A DNA stretch of 64,000 bases from a bacterium (GTDB taxonomy: Bacteria > Electryoneota > Electryoneia > Electryoneales > Electryoneaceae), in the NCBI GenBank assembly GCA_963675295.2, contig CAXXKJ010000002.1, positions 1,536,001-1,600,000 on the forward strand. Reading direction: 5' to 3'. Under the pieces are notes generated by a model. It was not told where the DNA came from, searched no databases, and saw only the letters and a program-made list of their open reading frames with translations. This document shows, piece after piece, positions 60,403-64,000 of the stretch. The translations under genes and the position numbers were made by a program. Positions within the stretch are counted from its first letter, which is position 1. Each line of letters opens with the position of its first letter.

Positions 60403-60474
60403 AGATCCTTCACTTCGTTCAGGATGACACCCTGCTGTCGCATCCTGTGGGACACTTTGTCCTCAAAGTGTCCC
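60403..60474. repeat. Right half of the 31607 element plus a GGGACACTT hairpin
   Basis: AGATCCTTC...TCAGGATGACA (60403-60429); GGGACACTTTG-tcct-CAAAGTGTCCC (60449-60474). Confidence 0.7.
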
Positions 60475-60490
60475 CGATATCGTCCCCGGA

Positions 60491-61648
60491 CTAGACAGCC
60501 TCGAGAATCGAGACGACGCTGGAACCGCCCGAACCGCCCATGTTCTGCGCAAGGGCACGGTTCGCCTTCGCCAACTGGCGGCCGTTCTCGGCGGTGCCTC
60601 GGAGCTGCTTGACCAGCTCCACGATCTGCGCCACGCCGGTCGCGCCGACGGGATGGCCCTTCGACTTCAAGCCGCCGCTCGGGTTCACCGGGAACTTGCC
60701 GTCACGCGCGGTTTCGCCGGCCATTGATGCCGGGCCCGCCTTGCCGGGTTCGTAGACGCCCATCGCTTCGAGCACGGCGATTTCCGCGATCGTGAAGCAG
60801 TCGTGCACTTCGCAGAAGTCGATGTCATTGATGGTGACACCGGCGAGGTCGAGCGCGCGTTTGGTCGCGGTGGCGACAGCGCCGAGGTGCGTGATTTCCT
60901 TGCGGGCGTGCAACGCGAGCGTGTCGGTCGCCATGCCAACGCCGAGGATCTTGATGATCGGCAGGCCCATGCTCTTGGCGAGGTCAACCGGCGCGAGGAT
61001 CGCGGCCGCCGCGCCGTCCGTGACCGGGCTGCAGTCGAGGATGTGCAGCGGGTCGGCGACCATGGTGCTGTTGAGCACGCCGTCCACGGTGATCTTCGCC
61101 GGGAACTGCGCGTTCGGGTTGAGTGAGCCGTTGTCGTGGTTCTTCACCGCGACATGCGCCAACATTTCCGAGGTGGTGCCGTACTTGTCCATGTGCGCGT
61201 GCGCGAGCATCGCGTACAGGCCGGGGAAGGTCGCGCCGTGGAAGCCTTCGTACTCGGCGTCCGCCGCGGTGGCGAGGGCGTAGGTTGCCATGCCGCCGTC
61301 CACGTCCGTCATCTTCTCCACACCGCCCGCGAGCACAATGTCGCTGAGGCCGGAGGCGACTTCGATCCACGCCGACCGGATCGCCGTACCGCCGGAGGCG
61401 CAGGCCGACTCGACGCGTGTCGCCGGGATCGGCGCGACGCCGAGGTAGTCGGCCATCAGGCTGCCGATGTGTTCCTGGCCGACGAACAGGCCGCCGGACA
61501 TGCAGCCGATGTACATGCTGTCGAGGTTGTCGACGCCGGCGTCTTTCATCGCGCCCTTGGCCGCTTCCACGAACAGATCGCGATAGCTGCGTTCCCACAG
61601 TTCGCCAAACTTTGTCATCCCGATGCCGATGACCGCCACATCCCGCAT
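60491..61648 (-). CDS. Archaeal-type acetoacetyl-CoA thiolase
   Basis: '[10 protein letters not shown]', 'VESACASGG', 'EVHDCFT', 'GHPVGATG', 'QNMGGSG'. Confidence 0.92.
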   Translation of the reverse strand: MRDVAVIGIGMTKFGELWERSYRDLFVEAAKGAMKDAGVDNLDSMYIGCMSGGLFVGQEHIGSLMADYLGVAPIPATRVESACASGGTAIRSAWIEVASGLSDIVLAGGVEKMTDVDGGMATYALATAADAEYEGFHGATFPGLYAMLAHAHMDKYGTTSEMLAHVAVKNHDNGSLNPNAQFPAKITVDGVLNSTMVADPLHILDCSPVTDGAAAAILAPVDLAKSMGLPIIKILGVGMATDTLALHARKEITHLGAVATATKRALDLAGVTINDIDFCEVHDCFTIAEIAVLEAMGVYEPGKAGPASMAGETARDGKFPVNPSGGLKSKGHPVGATGVAQIVELVKQLRGTAENGRQLAKANRALAQNMGGSGGSSVVSILEAV

Positions 61649-61787
61649 CGTCATTCCCCTTCGTTTCTGTTCTGCTGTATCTGAAGTTTTTCGTTTCGAA
61701 TCAGATAGATTCAGTCCTCAGTCAACGGGTCCGCGTCCGCAAGCGAACACGGGCACATTGTTTTCCGCCGACAGCAGCCCCGCAGCC

Positions 61788-62102
61788 CTAGCCTGTCAGC
61801 CGGTCCTGGATCGTTTTCCCGCCTATGTACACCAGCGGCAGGAACGGCAGCAGGCCGATGATGTCCAGCCGGCCAACGAAGATCCAGATTTCAATGTTCA
61901 CCCACGCGGTAAACGCCAGCCCACCAGCGAAGATGAGGACATTCAGCCACGCATTCCCCAGCGCGCTGCTGCGCCAGATCCAGACTGCCAACGCGAGGAA
62001 CGCGGCCACGTTCAGATAGCGCAGGATCTTGAGCCAGATCGGCATGCCCTGCACCATCGCGAGCACCTGTTCGCGCAGTGCTTCAACGTCGAGACTGTCC
62101 AT
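61788..62102 (-). CDS. Small membrane protein (~3 TM)
   Basis: Hydrophobic 104-aa ORF in a tightly packed co-directional run. Confidence 0.6.
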   Translation of the reverse strand: MDSLDVEALREQVLAMVQGMPIWLKILRYLNVAAFLALAVWIWRSSALGNAWLNVLIFAGGLAFTAWVNIEIWIFVGRLDIIGLLPFLPLVYIGGKTIQDRLTG

Positions 62103-62109
62103 CGGCCGG

Positions 62110-62376
62110 TTATCCCCGCAGTCGTCTCACTTCCGTGTACCAGCCGTTGAGTACAGCGCTTGCCAATCGTTCACAGGGACACTCGCCGTCCCGGATCTCG
62201 ATCTGGTAACTCTCCCGGGCTTCGGTTTCGCTGATCTGGAAGCTCAGGATCTGACGATCACCCTGTTTCATCGTGAGGATGAAGAAGCGTTCGTCGCGTC
62301 CGTCCCATCGTTTCACGATCTCCGTGCAACAGGTGATGATCGGAGGAGTTTGGTCCGTTGGACTCACCATACGCAT
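62110..62376 (-). CDS. Small soluble hypothetical protein (CC and CPC motifs)
   Basis: 88-aa ORF in the same run. Confidence 0.5.
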   Translation of the reverse strand: MRMVSPTDQTPPIITCCTEIVKRWDGRDERFFILTMKQGDRQILSFQISETEARESYQIEIRDGECPCERLASAVLNGWYTEVRRLRG

Positions 62377-62394
62377 ACACCTGAGTTCATCGAA

Positions 62395-62544
62395 TCAGAT
62401 TTCGTCCCGGTTCCGCCGGAAAAAGATGAACGGCAGGAACAGGAACAGGCCAAATCCCCCACGTGGCCCAAGCCACAACCACAGGATGGCGTTGATGATG
62501 ACCATGGAAAGAATGGCAATCAACCACCAGCGTTTGCGACTCAT
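62395..62544 (-). CDS. 49-aa membrane microprotein MSRKRWWLIAILSMVIINAILWLWLGPRGGFGLFLFLPFIFFRRNRDEI
   Basis: Translated by hand (below the ORF-track cutoff); hydrophobic hairpin with basic ends. Confidence 0.55.
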   Translation of the reverse strand: MSRKRWWLIAILSMVIINAILWLWLGPRGGFGLFLFLPFIFFRRNRDEI

Positions 62545-62561
62545 GACCGGCTACTCGTTGT

Positions 62562-62660
62562 TCACGACTTGCTGCACGTTATCGGGCAGTATTTTCCACA
62601 CACCTTCGCCAGCAGTGCAAGGACAACCGCCACGATGGCGAAAATGATCAGTTTCTTCAT
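62562..62660 (-). CDS. 32-aa microprotein MKKLIIFAIVAVVLALLAKVCGKYCPITCSKS
   Basis: Translated by hand; GGAG RBS 6 nt upstream; signal/TM segment plus a three-Cys tail. Confidence 0.55.
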   Translation of the reverse strand: MKKLIIFAIVAVVLALLAKVCGKYCPITCSKS

Positions 62661-62695
62661 CTGTATCTCCATTCAGGGGTGCTCAGCGGCATCCC

Positions 62696-62989
62696 TTACT
62701 CACCCCAAATCTGCTTATGCAGCCACTTCAGTGCCGTCGGGATGATGAGCGTCAACACGGCGGCGATGGTGAACAGCCAGATCATGCTCACCGGCCGCCA
62801 GCCGAATCGCTCAAGAACCTGGTAGTTGACGAAGGTGATGATCGCAAAGGTGGTCCAATAGGTCCACGGCTGCGCGCGTTCAATCTTGTGCTCGATCACC
62901 GTCAGCCACCAGAACCCGGCAAGCACGCCGATCAAGGCGACAATTCCGCCAATGCCGATCAGCCATTCGCCGGGCGTCAACGGCGTCAC
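62696..62989 (-). CDS. Small membrane protein (~3 TM), coupled to the HMG-CoA synthase gene
   Basis: GTG start overlaps the upstream TGA (GTGA); hydrophobic. Confidence 0.6.
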   Translation of the reverse strand: MTPLTPGEWLIGIGGIVALIGVLAGFWWLTVIEHKIERAQPWTYWTTFAIITFVNYQVLERFGWRPVSMIWLFTIAAVLTLIIPTALKWLHKQIWGE

Positions 62990-64000
62990 GAGTTCCGCAG
63001 AATCTTGTGGCGGAACTTGGCGTACTGGCCGTAGCTGAGGTAGCGCTTGTCCTCATCCAGCTGCGGACGTGTATGCGGCGCCTTGTCCTGCAGCGCGGTG
63101 ATTTCGTCGGTGACGGTGAAGATGAAGCCGTCCGAACCTGCGCCGGAGCCGTAGCTGACCATAAAGATCTTGTCGCCCGGCTTGGCGATGTCGAGCACCG
63201 CGCTCAGCCCGATCGGGCTCGCGCCGGAATAGGTGTTGCCGAGCCACGGGGTCAGCCAGCCGGTCTTGAACCCGTCACCCTTGACGTCGAAGCCGAGCAT
63301 TTTCGCCGCACGTTGCGGGAACTTGCCGTTCGGCTGGTGGAAGACACAGTAGTCGAAGTCTTCGGGCTTCATGCCGGACTTTTCGAGCAACGCGTTCGCG
63401 CAACCCATCGTGGTGCGGAAGAACGCTGGCTCACCGGTGAAACGTCCGGCGTGTTGCGGGTAGTGTTCGTACTCACGGCGCCAGAAGTCCGGCGTGTCGC
63501 TCATCCACGAGTGGGTGTAATCGATCGTCGCGACGACTTTGTCCTTGCCCATGATGAATGCTGCCGCGCCGGCGGACGCCGAATACTCAAGCGCGTCACC
63601 CGGGGCGCCTTGCGAGGTGTCCGCACCGATGCCGACGGCGTAGTCCATCTCACCGGCCTTGACCAGCGAATGGGCGACGTACATCGCCTGCGATCCAGCC
63701 TTGCATGCAAATTCGAAGTCGGCACAGTGGGTATCGTGTCCCGCGCCGATGGCTTCGGCGACGGTGGTCCCGGATGGTTTCACGGCGTACGGGTGGGATT
63801 CCGACCCGATGTAAAGCGCGCCGATTTTGAGCGGGTCGATGCCGGCACGCATCAGGGCGCGACGCGCGGCGGTGACAGAGAGGGTGATCACGTCTTCGTC
63901 CGGACCCGGAACGGACTTTTCATACAACAGCAGGCCCTTCTTGTAACTGGGAGCGTCCGCCCCCCAGACTTCAGCAATGGTCTCCAGCTTGATTCGGTTC
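62986..64000 (-). CDS. Archaeal-type hydroxymethylglutaryl-CoA synthase (5' end outside the window)
   Basis: 'RIKLETIAEVWG', 'EKSVP..DED', 'GSESHPYAVKP', catalytic 'EFACKAG', 'HQPNGKFP', 'GNTYSG', 'SYGSGAGSD'. Confidence 0.93.
   Translation of the reverse strand, partial: NRIKLETIAEVWGADAPSYKKGLLLYEKSVPGPDEDVITLSVTAARRALMRAGIDPLKIGALYIGSESHPYAVKPSGTTVAEAIGAGHDTHCADFEFACKAGSQAMYVAHSLVKAGEMDYAVGIGADTSQGAPGDALEYSASAGAAAFIMGKDKVVATIDYTHSWMSDTPDFWRREYEHYPQHAGRFTGEPAFFRTTMGCANALLEKSGMKPEDFDYCVFHQPNGKFPQRAAKMLGFDVKGDGFKTGWLTPWLGNTYSGASPIGLSAVLDIAKPGDKIFMVSYGSGAGSDGFIFTVTDEITALQDKAPHTRPQLDEDKRYLSYGQYAKFRHKILRNS

Overview
GC-rich bacterial chromosomal window, probably from an FCB-superphylum lineage: several secreted proteins end in YPNPFN-type C-terminal sorting domains. 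It is mostly housekeeping: a pyruvate dehydrogenase operon (aceE-aceF-lpdA), a 2-oxoglutarate dehydrogenase operon (sucA-sucB-lpdA), an osmoprotectant ABC transporter, class I FBP aldolase, hemW, hslR and several hydrolases. I saw no rRNA, tRNA, CRISPR array, integrase or transposase. Most notable observations: (1) two translationally coupled citrate-synthase-family genes with complementary losses of active-site residues, suggesting a heterodimer with a non-oxaloacetate substrate; (2) an archaeal-type HMG-CoA synthase/thiolase/DUF35 cluster split by five tiny ORFs, whose DUF35 protein has lost all four Zn-ligand cysteines; (3) an orphan Pycsar(PycC)-like nucleotide cyclase; (4) a modular set of intergenic repeats (7-nt and 9-nt periodic tracts, REP-like hairpins with covariation, nested inverted repeats, one enclosing a ~18% GC insert) at gene junctions; (5) three small proteins with sigma54/IHF and sigma28-like promoter signals; (6) a triplicated secreted thioredoxin/Omp28-like gene with CxxC/SxxC variation; (7) two genes broken by a single in-frame TAG. 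All family calls come from motif recognition by eye, not database searches.
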